The position numbers and the translations under genes are program-made. Positions 22,313 through 33,475 of a DNA stretch of 64,000 bases are shown here, in pieces (position 1 is the first letter of the stretch; every line of letters starts with the position of its first letter). The stretch is from Escherichia coli (lineage in GTDB: Bacteria; Pseudomonadota; Gammaproteobacteria; Enterobacterales; Enterobacteriaceae). The stretch lies in NCBI RefSeq assembly GCF_003334405.1, contig NZ_QOWM01000006.1. One strand, given 5' to 3'. Under the pieces are notes generated by a model. It did not search any database. It had not been told where the DNA came from and saw only the letters and a list, made by a program, of their open reading frames with translations.

Positions 22313-24910
22313 GTGCTAGAAGAATACCGTAAGCACGTAGCTGAGCGTGCCGCTGAGGGGATTGCGCCCAAACCCCTGGATGCAAACCAAATGGCCGCAC
22401 TTGTAGAGCTGCTGAAAAACCCGCCCGCGGGCGAAGAAGAATTCCTGTTAGATCTGTTAACCAACCGTGTTCCCCCAGGCGTCGATGAAGCCGCCTATGT
22501 CAAAGCAGGCTTCCTGGCTGCTATCGCGAAAGGCGAAGCCAAATCCCCTCTGCTGACTCCGGAAAAAGCCATCGAACTGCTGGGCACCATGCAGGGTGGT
22601 TACAACATTCATCCGCTGATCGACGCGCTGGATGATGCCAAACTGGCACCTATTGCTGCCAAAGCACTTTCTCACACGCTGCTGATGTTCGATAACTTCT
22701 ATGACGTAGAAGAGAAAGCGAAAGCAGGCAACGAATATGCGAAGCAGGTTATGCAGTCCTGGGCGGATGCCGAATGGTTCCTGAATCGCCCGGCGCTGGC
22801 TGAAAAACTGACCGTTACTGTCTTCAAAGTCACTGGCGAAACTAACACCGATGACCTTTCTCCGGCACCGGATGCGTGGTCACGCCCGGATATCCCACTG
22901 CACGCGCTGGCGATGCTGAAAAACGCCCGTGAAGGTATTGAGCCAGACCAGCCTGGTGTTGTTGGTCCGATCAAGCAAATCGAAGCTCTGCAACAGAAAG
23001 GTTTCCCGCTGGCGTACGTCGGTGACGTTGTGGGTACGGGTTCTTCGCGTAAATCCGCCACTAACTCCGTTCTGTGGTTTATGGGCGATGATATTCCACA
23101 TGTGCCGAACAAACGCGGCGGTGGTTTGTGCCTCGGCGGTAAAATTGCACCCATCTTCTTTAACACGATGGAAGACGCGGGTGCACTGCCAATCGAAGTC
23201 GACGTCTCTAACCTGAACATGGGCGACGTGATTGACGTTTACCCGTACAAAGGTGAAGTGCGTAACCACGAAACCGGCGAACTGCTGGCGACCTTCGAAC
23301 TGAAAACCGACGTGCTGATTGATGAAGTGCGTGCTGGTGGCCGTATTCCGCTGATTATCGGGCGTGGCCTGACCACCAAAGCGCGTGAAGCACTTGGTCT
23401 GCCGCACAGTGATGTGTTCCGTCAGGCGAAAGATGTCGCTGAGAGCGATCGCGGCTTCTCGCTGGCGCAAAAAATGGTAGGCCGTGCCTGTGGCGTGAAA
23501 GGCATTCGTCCGGGCGCGTACTGTGAACCGAAAATGACTTCTGTAGGTTCCCAGGACACCACCGGCCCGATGACCCGTGATGAACTGAAAGACCTGGCGT
23601 GCCTGGGCTTCTCGGCTGACCTGGTGATGCAGTCTTTCTGCCACACCGCGGCGTATCCGAAGCCAGTTGACGTGAACACGCACCACACGCTGCCGGACTT
23701 CATTATGAACCGTGGCGGTGTGTCGCTGCGTCCGGGTGACGGCGTCATTCACTCCTGGCTGAACCGTATGCTGCTGCCGGATACCGTCGGTACCGGTGGT
23801 GACTCCCATACCCGTTTCCCGATCGGTATCTCTTTCCCGGCGGGTTCTGGTCTGGTGGCGTTTGCTGCCGCAACTGGCGTAATGCCGCTTGATATGCCGG
23901 AATCCGTTCTGGTGCGCTTCAAAGGCAAAATGCAGCCGGGCATCACCCTGCGCGATCTGGTACACGCTATTCCGCTGTATGCGATCAAACAAGGTCTGCT
24001 GACCGTTGAGAAGAAAGGCAAGAAAAACATCTTCTCTGGCCGCATCCTGGAAATTGAAGGTCTGCCGGATCTGAAAGTTGAGCAGGCCTTTGAGCTAACC
24101 GATGCGTCCGCCGAGCGTTCTGCCGCTGGTTGTACCATCAAGCTGAACAAAGAACCGATCATCGAATACCTGAACTCTAACATCGTCCTGCTGAAGTGGA
24201 TGATCGCGGAAGGTTACGGCGATCGTCGTACCCTGGAACGTCGTATTCAGGGCATGGAAAAATGGCTGGCGAATCCTGAGCTGCTGGAAGCCGATGCAGA
24301 TGCGGAATACGCGGCAGTGATCGACATCGATCTGGCGGATATTAAAGAGCCAATCCTGTGTGCTCCGAACGACCCGGATGACGCGCGTCCGCTGTCTGCG
24401 GTACAGGGTGAGAAGATCGACGAAGTGTTTATCGGTTCCTGCATGACCAACATCGGTCACTTCCGTGCTGCGGGTAAACTGCTGGATGCGCATAAAGGTC
24501 AGTTGCCGACCCGCCTGTGGGTGGCACCGCCAACCCGTATGGACGCCGCACAGTTGACCGAAGAAGGCTACTACAGCGTCTTCGGTAAGAGTGGTGCGCG
24601 TATCGAGATCCCTGGCTGTTCCCTGTGTATGGGTAACCAGGCGCGTGTGGCGGACGGTGCAACGGTGGTTTCCACCTCTACCCGTAACTTCCCGAACCGT
24701 CTGGGTACTGGCGCGAATGTCTTCCTGGCTTCTGCGGAACTGGCGGCTGTTGCGGCGCTGATTGGCAAACTGCCGACGCCGGAAGAGTACCAGACCTACG
24801 TGGCGCAGGTAGATAAAACAGCCGTTGATACTTACCGTTATCTGAACTTCAACCAGCTTTCTCAGTACACCGAGAAAGCCGATGGGGTGATTTTCCAGAC
24901 TGCGGTTTAA
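22313..24910 (+). CDS. acnB: Aconitate hydratase B (bifunctional aconitase / 2-methylisocitrate dehydratase)
   Basis: Start placed at in-frame GTG ([16 protein letters not shown]... read as MLEEY); ORF-track N-terminal extension from 22160 rejected. Confidence 0.95.
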   Translation: MLEEYRKHVAERAAEGIAPKPLDANQMAALVELLKNPPAGEEEFLLDLLTNRVPPGVDEAAYVKAGFLAAIAKGEAKSPLLTPEKAIELLGTMQGGYNIHPLIDALDDAKLAPIAAKALSHTLLMFDNFYDVEEKAKAGNEYAKQVMQSWADAEWFLNRPALAEKLTVTVFKVTGETNTDDLSPAPDAWSRPDIPLHALAMLKNAREGIEPDQPGVVGPIKQIEALQQKGFPLAYVGDVVGTGSSRKSATNSVLWFMGDDIPHVPNKRGGGLCLGGKIAPIFFNTMEDAGALPIEVDVSNLNMGDVIDVYPYKGEVRNHETGELLATFELKTDVLIDEVRAGGRIPLIIGRGLTTKAREALGLPHSDVFRQAKDVAESDRGFSLAQKMVGRACGVKGIRPGAYCEPKMTSVGSQDTTGPMTRDELKDLACLGFSADLVMQSFCHTAAYPKPVDVNTHHTLPDFIMNRGGVSLRPGDGVIHSWLNRMLLPDTVGTGGDSHTRFPIGISFPAGSGLVAFAAATGVMPLDMPESVLVRFKGKMQPGITLRDLVHAIPLYAIKQGLLTVEKKGKKNIFSGRILEIEGLPDLKVEQAFELTDASAERSAAGCTIKLNKEPIIEYLNSNIVLLKWMIAEGYGDRRTLERRIQGMEKWLANPELLEADADAEYAAVIDIDLADIKEPILCAPNDPDDARPLSAVQGEKIDEVFIGSCMTNIGHFRAAGKLLDAHKGQLPTRLWVAPPTRMDAAQLTEEGYYSVFGKSGARIEIPGCSLCMGNQARVADGATVVSTSTRNFPNRLGTGANVFLASAELAAVAALIGKLPTPEEYQTYVAQVDKTAVDTYRYLNFNQLSQYTEKADGVIFQTAV

Positions 24911-24945
24911 AAAGTCAGCGCACGCGCTGCGCATAAACGACACAA

Positions 24946-24978
24946 TGCCCGGTGAATGAGATTCCCGGGCATTTTTTA
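24946..24978 (+). terminator. Intrinsic terminator after acnB
   Basis: tgcccgg ... ccgggca hairpin followed by TTTTTT. Confidence 0.65.
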
Positions 24979-25084
24979 TTTCTAAACCATCGCCGTTCCG
25001 CTGTTTTTCTCCGGTAAGGCTGCGATAATTACATCAATGGCGCAATGCGATTTCGGTGCATTGCCGGGAGCAGAGGAACACACT

Positions 25085-25447
25085 ATGGATTACGAATTTC
25101 TGCGCGATATTACCGGAGTGGTAAAGGTGCGTATGTCCATGGGGCATGAAGTGGTCGGGCACTGGTTTAATGAAGAGGTGAAAGAAAACCTGGCCTTGCT
25201 TGATGAAGTGGAACAAGCAGCGCACGCACTGAAAGGTAGCGAACGGTCCTGGCAACGGGCAGGGCATGAATACACCCTGTGGATGGACGGTGAAGAGGTG
25301 ATGGTTCGCGCCAATCAACTGGAATTCGCTGGCGATGAAATGGAAGAGGGGATGAACTACTACGACGAAGAAAGCCTGTCGCTATGCGGCGTTGAGGATT
25401 TTCTGCAGGTCGTGGCGGCTTACCGCAATTTCGTGCAGCAGAAGTAA
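25085..25447 (+). CDS. yacL: Uncharacterised protein YacL (UPF0231 family)
   Basis: Start placed at [11 protein letters not shown]...; acidic 120-aa protein recognised as YacL. Confidence 0.85.
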
Positions 25448-25452
25448 ATAAA

Positions 25453-25480
25453 TCTGGCGGAGCCTGGGAGCTCCGCCAGA
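25453..25480. terminator. Bidirectional terminator-like hairpin between convergent yacL and speD
   Basis: tctggcggagc ... gctccgccaga perfect 11-bp stem. Confidence 0.55.
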
Positions 25481-25484
25481 GCCG

Positions 25485-26279
25485 TTAAACAGCTGGCATA
25501 TTGCGCCCGTAATAAATCTCGCGCATTTCTTTCCACAGCGCAGCGGTAATTTCCTGGCGCTCGCTGTCGGTTAAGTCTTCCGGTTTGGTGTGGAACATGT
25601 AGTGCTTAAGGTCGAACTCTTTAAGCAACATCTTGGTATGGAAGATATTTTCCTGATAGACGTTCACATCCACCATGTCATACAGCGCCTTCATATCGTC
25701 AGACATAAAGTTCTGAATCGAATTAATCTCATGGTCGATAAAGTGCTTCATACCGTTAATGTCGCGGGTAAAACCGCGCACGCGATAATCAATGGTTACG
25801 ATATCGGACTCAAGCTGGTGGATCAGGTAATTCAGCGCCTTCAGCGGAGAAATCACGCCGCAGGTAGAGACTTCAATATCGGCGCGGAAGGTACATAAAC
25901 CGCCTTCAGGATGACTTTCCGGGTAGGTATGTACGCAAATATGACTTTTATCAAGATGGGCAACGACCGTTTCTGGCAGTGGGCCGGGGTGTTCTGTTTT
26001 GTCGATGAGTTTCGGGTCAACCGGTTCTTCACTCACCAGAATAGTGACGCTGGCACCCTGTGGTTCGTAATCCTGGCGGGCGATGTTAAGAATATTAGCC
26101 CCGATAATGGAACAGGTTTCTGACAGGATTTCGGTCAGACGGTTGGCATTATAGAGTTCATCGATATAAGCAATATAACCGTCGCGCTCTTCGGCAGTTT
26201 TGGCGTAGCAGATATCGTAAATACAAAAACTCAGACTTTTGGTCAGATTATTAAAGCCATGCAGTTTCAGTTTTTTCAA
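25485..26279 (-). CDS. speD: S-adenosylmethionine decarboxylase proenzyme
   Basis: 264-aa ORF recognised as SpeD. Confidence 0.95.
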
Positions 26280-26294
26280 TTTCTTATCTTCTCC

Positions 26295-27161
26295 TTAGGA
26301 CGGCTGTGAAGCCAGTGCGTCTTGCAGATACTGAGGTAAGGCAAAAGCTGCCGTATGGATTGCCGGATTGTAATAACGGCATTTCAGGCCAGAGGCGAGA
26401 AAACGCGCCTGAATAATTTCGGTTGAGAGATGGCGTAAGGCGTCGTTATCTGTCGCCCATGCAAAAGTCATGATACCGCCGTAATAGGTCGGGATCGCCG
26501 CCTGATAAAAGCCAACGTCGCTGAAGTAATGGCTGAGTTTGCGATGGCTGTCGATGGCTTCTTCCTGCTGTAAAAAGCAGACGCCGTTTTGTGCGACGAA
26601 GATACCGCCAGGATTCAGGCAACGTTTGCAGCCTTCATAAAATGCCGAAGTGAAAAGGCTTTCGCCGGGACCGATAGGATCGGTGCAGTCGGAGATAATG
26701 ACATCAAAGGTCTGGCTGGTTTGATTAACGAAATTGACGCCATCGTCGATCACCAGCTTAAAGCGCGGATCGTCGTAGCTACCGGCGTTATGGTTGGGTA
26801 GATACTGACGGCAGAACGATACGACACCCGCATCGATTTCCACCATCGTGATTGACTCAACGTTTTTATGTCGGGTTACTTCACGCAGCATGGCACCGTC
26901 GCCGCCGCCGATAATCAGCACATGTTTCGCGTGACCATGGGCCAGTAGCGGAACATGGGTCATCATCTCATGATAGATAAACTCGTCGCGCTCGGTGGTT
27001 TGTACTACGCCATCCAGCGCCATTACGCGACCAAATGCAGCGTTCTCAAAAATGATCAGATCCTGGTGATCGGTCTTTTCATGATACAGAACGTTATCTA
27101 CCGCAAAGTACTGCCCAAACTGGTCGTGTAGCGTTTCATGCCACTGTTTTTTTTCGGCCAT
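26295..27161 (-). CDS. speE: Spermidine synthase
   Basis: 288-aa ORF with GGGDG SAM-binding motif. Confidence 0.95.
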   Translation of the reverse strand: MAEKKQWHETLHDQFGQYFAVDNVLYHEKTDHQDLIIFENAAFGRVMALDGVVQTTERDEFIYHEMMTHVPLLAHGHAKHVLIIGGGDGAMLREVTRHKNVESITMVEIDAGVVSFCRQYLPNHNAGSYDDPRFKLVIDDGVNFVNQTSQTFDVIISDCTDPIGPGESLFTSAFYEGCKRCLNPGGIFVAQNGVCFLQQEEAIDSHRKLSHYFSDVGFYQAAIPTYYGGIMTFAWATDNDALRHLSTEIIQARFLASGLKCRYYNPAIHTAAFALPQYLQDALASQPS

Positions 27162-27266
27162 GGGTTGATACCTCCTTTGTTAACACCCGTAAAAAAAGGG
27201 CGCAACATAATAGCTAACATTGACCGCGGATGCACGGTCAATATTTCTACAAAAAGGTATCAGGGA

Positions 27267-27614
27267 TTATTTGACGTAGGCAAGCAGGCTTAAGGAATCG
27301 CGGGCCAGGGCTTTGCATTTTTTAGCGACGGGAATGCCAATGCCGCTGAGATCGCGGTAGCTGTCTTCACCGAGGGCTTTCATGTCGAAGGTGTCGTAAT
27401 TACTGAGGTCCCACTGGTTTTGCTGAGCGAAAAAGACCAGTGCGCGACGAATTTGCCCGTTAGGTAAGTTCTGGTAACCACAATCGTTCTTCAGAAAGAC
27501 AAAAACTGCCGTTAAATCGGCCATATCTTCGGCTTCAGACTCGCTGAGCGCGTAACTGTTTGCGCAGACGGCCATCAGGCTGCCGAATAACACTGTTCTG
27601 AAAAACGTCTTCAT
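27267..27614 (-). CDS. yacC: Uncharacterised small secreted protein YacC (possible PulS/OutS pilotin-like family)
   Basis: Start placed at MKTFFRTVLFGSLMAVCANSYA (signal peptide); ORF-track extension to 27785 rejected because it would overlap the cueO promoter and start. Confidence 0.8.
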   Translation of the reverse strand: MKTFFRTVLFGSLMAVCANSYALSESEAEDMADLTAVFVFLKNDCGYQNLPNGQIRRALVFFAQQNQWDLSNYDTFDMKALGEDSYRDLSGIGIPVAKKCKALARDSLSLLAYVK

Positions 27615-27706
27615 TGCTTCTACCAGGGGCTTAAAGAAGATAAACGTTAGCACACTGCGAGCGAGGCGACGACCATTATTGTCGATTAAATTGTGTCTGC
27701 GGCTTG

Positions 27707-27725
27707 ACCTTCCCGTAAGGGGAAG
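27707..27725. promoter_or_regulatory. CueR (MerR-type) operator in the cueO promoter
   Basis: Dyad ccttccc-gtaag-gggaagg overlapping a cttgac -35-like hexamer, about 55 bp upstream of cueO; matches the known copper-box architecture. Confidence 0.7.
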
Positions 27726-27779
27726 GACTATGCTCAACGTTTGATTTTGTTTCGCCTGCTTAAGAATAAGGAAATAACT

Positions 27780-29330
27780 ATGCAACGTCGTGATTTCTTA
27801 AAATATTCCGTCGCGCTGGGTGTGGCTTCGGCTTTGCCGCTGTGGAGCCGCGCAGTATTTGCGGCAGAACGCCCAACGTTACCGATCCCTGATTTGCTCA
27901 CGACCGATGCCCGTAATCGCATTCAGTTAACTATTGGCGCAGGCCAGTCCACCTTTGGCGGGAAAACTGCAACTACCTGGGGCTATAACGGCAATCTGCT
28001 GGGGCCGGCGGTGAAATTACAGCGCGGCAAAGCGGTAACGGTTGATATCTACAACCAACTGACGGAAGAGACAACGTTGCACTGGCACGGGCTGGAAGTA
28101 CCGGGTGAAGTCGACGGCGGCCCGCAGGGAATTATTCCGCCAGGTGGCAAGCGCTCGGTGACGTTGAACGTTGATCAACCTGCCGCTACCTGCTGGTTCC
28201 ATCCGCATCAGCACGGCAAAACCGGGCGACAGGTGGCGATGGGGCTGGCTGGGCTGGTGGTGATTGAAGATGACGAGATCCTGAAATTAATGCTGCCAAA
28301 ACAGTGGGGTATCGATGATGTTCCGGTGATCGTTCAGGATAAGAAATTTAGCGCCGACGGGCAGATTGATTATCAACTGGATGTGATGACCGCCGCCGTG
28401 GGCTGGTTTGGCGATACGTTGCTGACCAACGGTGCAATCTACCCGCAACACGCTGCCCCGCGTGGTTGGCTGCGCCTGCGTTTGCTCAATGGCTGTAATG
28501 CCCGTTCGCTCAATTTCGCCACCAGCGACAATCGCCCGCTGTATGTGATTGCCAGCGACGGTGGTCTGCTACCTGAACCAGTGAAGGTGAGCGAACTGCC
28601 GGTGCTGATGGGCGAGCGTTTTGAAGTGCTGGTGGAGGTTAACGATAACAAACCCTTTGACCTGGTGACGCTGCCGGTCAGCCAGATGGGGATGGCGATT
28701 GCGCCGTTTGATAAGCCTCATCCGGTAATGCGGATTCAGCCGATTGCTATTAGTGCCTCCGGTGCTTTGCCAGACACATTAAGTAGCCTGCCTGCGTTAC
28801 CTTCGCTGGAAGGGCTGACGGTACGCAAGCTGCAACTCTCTATGGACCCGATGCTCGATATGATGGGGATGCAGATGCTAATGGAGAAATATGGCGATCA
28901 GGCGATGGCCGGGATGGATCACAGCCAGATGATGGGCCATATGGGGCACGGCAATATGAATCATATGAACCACGGCGGGAAGTTCGATTTCCACCATGCC
29001 AACAAAATCAACGGTCAGGCGTTTGATATGAACAAGCCGATGTTTGCGGCGGCGAAAGGGCAATACGAACGTTGGGTTATCTCTGGCGTGGGCGACATGA
29101 TGCTGCATCCGTTCCATATCCACGGCACGCAGTTCCGTATCTTGTCAGAAAATGGCAAACCGCCAGCGGCTCATCGCGCGGGCTGGAAAGATACCGTTAA
29201 GGTAGAAGGTAATGTCAGCGAAGTGCTGGTGAAGTTTAATCACGATGCACCGAAAGAACATGCTTATATGGCGCACTGCCATCTGCTGGAGCATGAAGAT
29301 ACGGGGATGATGTTAGGGTTTACGGTATAA
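27780..29330 (+). CDS. cueO: Multicopper oxidase CueO (Tat-exported)
   Basis: Start placed at [28 protein letters not shown] (twin-arginine signal); Met-rich insert; HCHLLEHED copper site at the C-terminus. Confidence 0.95.
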
Positions 29331-29350
29331 AAAGACCGTATTCGGAAATA

Positions 29351-29370
29351 TGCCCGGATCTCTCCGGGCA
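29351..29370 (+). terminator. Hairpin immediately after the cueO stop (weak or no T-tract)
   Basis: tgcccgga-tctc-tccgggca. Confidence 0.4.
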
Positions 29371-29395
29371 TTAAACTGATGACAAACGCAAATCT

Positions 29396-29494
29396 GCCTG
29401 ATGCGCTACGCTTATCAGGCCTACGCTAGCTGTGCAATCCATTGATTTTGCACAATTTTGTAGGCTGGATAAGGCGTTCACGCCGCATCCGGCA
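29396..29494. repeat. RIP-type BIME (REP - IHF-like site - REP)
   Basis: REP units gcctgatgcgctacgcttatcaggcctac and gtaggctggataaggcgttcacgccgcatccggcat flank a sequence matching the IHF consensus on the reverse strand (aatcaatggattg). Confidence 0.75.
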
Positions 29495-29531
29495 TGAACA
29501 ACGCGCACGTTGTCAGCAATCTGAGCAAGTC

Positions 29532-31922
29532 TTACTTCACATCATCCGGCAGCGCATAAGCCACAATATAGTCGCCCATCTTCGTACCAAATGAACCGTG
29601 ACCGCCTGCGGAGATCACCACATACTGCTTACCATTCACTTCATAGGTCATTGGCGTAGCCTGACCACCCGCTGGTAAACGACCCTGCCACAGTTTTTCA
29701 CCGTTGCTCATGTTGTAAGCGCGCAGGTAGTTATCTGCCGTAGCGGCGATAAACAGCACGTTACCCGCCGTGGAGATTGGCCCGCCCAGCATCGGCATAC
29801 CCATATTGAACGGCACCGGAACCGGCATCGGGAACGGCATACTGTCCTGCGGCGTACCAATACGTTTCTTCCACACCACTTCATTAGTTTTCAGATCCAG
29901 CGCCGAGATATAACCCCATGCTGGCTGTTTACATGGCAGACCAAATGGTGAGAGGAACGGGTTGAGCGTGACACCATACGGTACACCGTACTGTGGCTGA
30001 ATGCCGGATTCCGTACCCGTGCCTTTGGCATCTTTCGGCTGCTCCATCGGGTTGCCAGGACCACGCGGGATCAGTTTCGAAACAAACGGCAGTGCCATTG
30101 GGTTGGCAATCGCCACTTCACGATTTGGATCAACGGAAATCCCGCCCCATTCGAACATCCCCAGGTTACCCGGGAAGACCAGCGTACCCTGTTCAGATGG
30201 CGGGGTGAAAATGCCTTCATAGCGCATCTGGTGGAACATCACGCGGCACACCAGTTGGTCAAACATGGTGGCTCCCCACATATCCGCACCGCTCAAATCT
30301 TTCGTCGGACGGAAGCTCAGTTCAGAAAACGGTTGAGTTGGGGTTACGTAATCGCCTTTCGCTGCACCTTGGGGAACCGGTTTTTCCGGTGCCGGAACCA
30401 CCAGTTCGCCATTACGACGATCGAGCACAAAAATGTTGCCGGTTTTCGCCGGAGCGTAAATAACTGGCACTTTCTGACCATTAACGGTGATGTCCGCCAG
30501 CGTCGGCTGTGCCGGAAGATCCATGTCCCACAGGTCGTGGTGAACGGTCTGGTAGCTCCACGCCAGTTTCCCGGTAGTGGCATTCAGCGCCAGAATCGAG
30601 CTGGCATAACGTTCCTGTTCCGGTGTGCGGTTACCGCCCCAGATATCCGGCGTGGTCACGCCCATCGGCAGATAGACCAGATCCAGCTTCGCGTCATAGG
30701 CCGCTGGTGCCCAGGAGTTTGGCGAGTTAAAGGTAAAGGTGTGTTCGTCAGACGGGATTGCGTTCGGATCTTTCGCGCCGGGATCAAAAGCCCACAGCAG
30801 CTCCCCGGTGTTGACATCAAAACCACGGATCACGCCAGACGTTTCGCGGGTTGAGAAGTTATCGGTAACTGAACCGGCCATCACGATGGTTTTATCGGTG
30901 ATAATCGGTGGCGAAGTCGGTTCATACAGACCCGGTTTGGTGTCTGGCATATTGCTTTGCAGATTGAGCACGCCTTTATTGGCGAAGGTTTCGCACAGTT
31001 TGCCGTTTTCAGCGTTAATCGCAATCAGTCGACCATCATTGACCGGAAGAATGATACGACGCGGGCAATCCGCCATCACTTCCGGCGAAGCGGTTTCTGC
31101 TTTGGCTTCATGATAAGAGACACCACGGCAGGTTACGTGCTGGAAAGACTCGTTGGTTTTCAGCTCAGGATCGTAATGCCATTTCTCTTTGCCGCTGGCG
31201 GCATCAAGCGCAAACAGGCGCTGGTGAGCGGTACACAGGTAAAGGGTGTCGCCCACTTTAATCGGCGTCACTTCATTGGTGATTTCACCCGGATCGTTCG
31301 GCTGCTTCACATCGCCAGTACGGAACACCCAGGCTTCTTTCAGATTATGGACGTTATCGGCGTTAATTTGTTTCAGCGGCGAAAAGCGTTGACCTTCCTG
31401 ATTACGACCATAGGCAGGCCAGTCCTGATCGGCTACGGGGGAGATAGCTTCAGCAGGTGTGGCATCGGCGCTTAAGGTGCCGTTGATCTCCTGCGGATCG
31501 TTAAATCCGGCCCAGGTCAGGATACCACCGCTAATCAGCAGTGCGACCACCAGTGCGGCAACTGCGCCGCTGGCAGGAATGACCAGGCGACGCCAGACAA
31601 ACGGCAGGATCAGCCAGATGCCGAAGAAGACCAGAATGTCGCTGCGCGGAGTCAGCGCCCAGAAGTCGAAACCAACTTCCCAGACGCCCCAAATCATGGT
31701 GCCGAGCAGCAGGGCTGCGTATAGCCAAAGCGCGGCGCGTTTACTGCGCCACAGCATCCAGGCGACGCCGAGCATCACAAGGCCAGCGATAGGGTAGTAC
31801 CAGGAGCCGCCAATCGCGACCAGCCAGCCTCCGCCAATGAGTAGATACAGCCCGCAAAGCGCTGCAAAAAGGGCTGTTAGCGTGACGAGTAATCGTCGCG
31901 AGCCTGTATTGTTAATTGCCAT
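29532..31922 (-). CDS. gcd: PQQ-dependent membrane-bound glucose dehydrogenase
   Basis: Start placed at MAINNTGSRRLL...; N-terminal membrane segments followed by a beta-propeller domain; recognised as Gcd. Confidence 0.95.
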   Translation of the reverse strand: MAINNTGSRRLLVTLTALFAALCGLYLLIGGGWLVAIGGSWYYPIAGLVMLGVAWMLWRSKRAALWLYAALLLGTMIWGVWEVGFDFWALTPRSDILVFFGIWLILPFVWRRLVIPASGAVAALVVALLISGGILTWAGFNDPQEINGTLSADATPAEAISPVADQDWPAYGRNQEGQRFSPLKQINADNVHNLKEAWVFRTGDVKQPNDPGEITNEVTPIKVGDTLYLCTAHQRLFALDAASGKEKWHYDPELKTNESFQHVTCRGVSYHEAKAETASPEVMADCPRRIILPVNDGRLIAINAENGKLCETFANKGVLNLQSNMPDTKPGLYEPTSPPIITDKTIVMAGSVTDNFSTRETSGVIRGFDVNTGELLWAFDPGAKDPNAIPSDEHTFTFNSPNSWAPAAYDAKLDLVYLPMGVTTPDIWGGNRTPEQERYASSILALNATTGKLAWSYQTVHHDLWDMDLPAQPTLADITVNGQKVPVIYAPAKTGNIFVLDRRNGELVVPAPEKPVPQGAAKGDYVTPTQPFSELSFRPTKDLSGADMWGATMFDQLVCRVMFHQMRYEGIFTPPSEQGTLVFPGNLGMFEWGGISVDPNREVAIANPMALPFVSKLIPRGPGNPMEQPKDAKGTGTESGIQPQYGVPYGVTLNPFLSPFGLPCKQPAWGYISALDLKTNEVVWKKRIGTPQDSMPFPMPVPVPFNMGMPMLGGPISTAGNVLFIAATADNYLRAYNMSNGEKLWQGRLPAGGQATPMTYEVNGKQYVVISAGGHGSFGTKMGDYIVAYALPDDVK

Positions 31923-32127
31923 AAAGAGACACCATTTCAATTCATTAATATTTTAGTAGCAATTAATTATAGGTTTTAACATGTGTGATCGTCATCACAA
32001 TTCGAGCTTTATTAACAGATTCCGCGAATGAATAGTTTTACTGGTATACTGCGTGTCTTGCGCTTTGTTGCGGTGCCAAAACCTGCCCGTGCGAAGTGAT
32101 TTGTTTTTAAATCATATGGTTAGAGAT

Positions 32128-32664
32128 ATGAAACATACTGTAGAAGTAATGATCCCCGAAGCGGAGATTAAAGCGCGTATCGCCGAACTGGGTCGTCAGA
32201 TTACTGAGCGTTACAAAGACAGCGGCAGCGATATGGTGCTGGTGGGTCTGCTGCGTGGCTCATTTATGTTTATGGCGGACCTGTGCCGTGAAGTTCAGGT
32301 ATCTCATGAAGTCGACTTTATGACCGCCTCCAGCTACGGTAGCGGCATGTCCACCACCCGTGATGTGAAAATCCTCAAAGATCTGGATGAAGATATCCGT
32401 GGCAAGGACGTGCTGATTGTTGAAGATATCATCGACTCGGGGAATACACTGTCGAAAGTGCGTGAGATCTTAAGCCTGCGCGAACCGAAGTCGCTGGCGA
32501 TTTGTACGCTGCTGGATAAACCGTCCCGTCGTGAAGTGAACGTCCCGGTAGAATTTATCGGTTTCTCGATCCCGGATGAGTTTGTGGTGGGTTACGGCAT
32601 TGATTACGCACAGCGTTACCGTCATCTGCCGTATATCGGCAAAGTGATTCTGCTGGACGAGTAA
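32128..32664 (+). CDS. hpt: Hypoxanthine phosphoribosyltransferase
   Basis: Start placed at [15 protein letters not shown]; PRPP-binding motif [13 protein letters not shown]. Confidence 0.93.
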
Positions 32665-32673
32665 GTGTGAAGT

Positions 32674-32694
32674 TGCCGGATGTGTTGCATCCGG
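32674..32694. terminator. Bidirectional terminator-like hairpin between convergent hpt and can
   Basis: gccggatg-tgttg-catccggc with a T-run on the + strand side. Confidence 0.55.
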
Positions 32695-32704
32695 CATGGC
32701 ATTT

Positions 32705-33367
32705 TTATTTGTGGTTGGCGTGTTTCAGCTTGAGGTTGGAAATCCCGTGACGGTAACGTTGCTCAAGGGTTTCGCGGTTGGTGGCGGTAACATCCAGATC
32801 ACGCAGCAAGCCGTCGTGAATGCCGTAGGCCCAGCCGTGAATGGTAACTTTCTGCCCGCGTTTCCACGCTGATTGCATAATGGTGGAGTGGCCCAGGTTA
32901 TACACCTGTTCCATGACGTTCAGTTCACACAAGGTATCCAGACGGCGCTCTTGCGGCATTTCGCCGAGCAATGAGCTATGTTTGAACCAGATATCGCGGA
33001 TATGCAGCAGCCAGTTGTTGATAAGCCCCAGTTCCGGGTTTTCAACTGCGGCTTGTACGCCGCCGCAACCGTAGTGGCCACAGATAATAATGTGTTCAAC
33101 TTCGAGTACATCCACTGCATACTGAACCACGGAAAGGCAGTTCAGGTCAGTGTGAATGACCAGGTTAGCAACATTACGGTGAACAAAGAGTTCGCCCGGC
33201 TCAAGACCGGTTAAACGTTCTGCAGGAACGCGACTGTCGGAACATCCAATCCATAGAAAGCGCGGTTTTTGCGCTTGTGCCAGTTTCTCAAAAAACCCGG
33301 GATCCTCTTCCACCAGCATTTTTGACCATAGTGCATTGTTGCTGATGAGTGTATCTATGTCTTTCAT
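32705..33367 (-). CDS. can: Carbonic anhydrase 2 (beta class)
   Basis: 220-aa ORF recognised as Can (YadF). Confidence 0.95.
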   Translation of the reverse strand: MKDIDTLISNNALWSKMLVEEDPGFFEKLAQAQKPRFLWIGCSDSRVPAERLTGLEPGELFVHRNVANLVIHTDLNCLSVVQYAVDVLEVEHIIICGHYGCGGVQAAVENPELGLINNWLLHIRDIWFKHSSLLGEMPQERRLDTLCELNVMEQVYNLGHSTIMQSAWKRGQKVTIHGWAYGIHDGLLRDLDVTATNRETLEQRYRHGISNLKLKHANHK

Positions 33368-33475
33368 GGAGGTTAACGACCTGTAACCAAATAATTACGT
33401 TTGGCTAATATAGGGCAACTCCGGGACGATTTAAACCACAGATAAAGTGTAAGAACGTAAGGTAAGTAAAAATTT

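Noticed and set aside
22880-24943. 370-aa and 282-aa minus-strand ORFs antisense to acnB
   Set aside because: Shadow ORFs within a conserved gene; translations lack any recognisable family features.
27615-27785. 57-codon N-terminal extension of yacC
   Set aside because: It would run through the cueO promoter, the CueR operator and the cueO start codon; the internal Met is followed by a canonical signal peptide.
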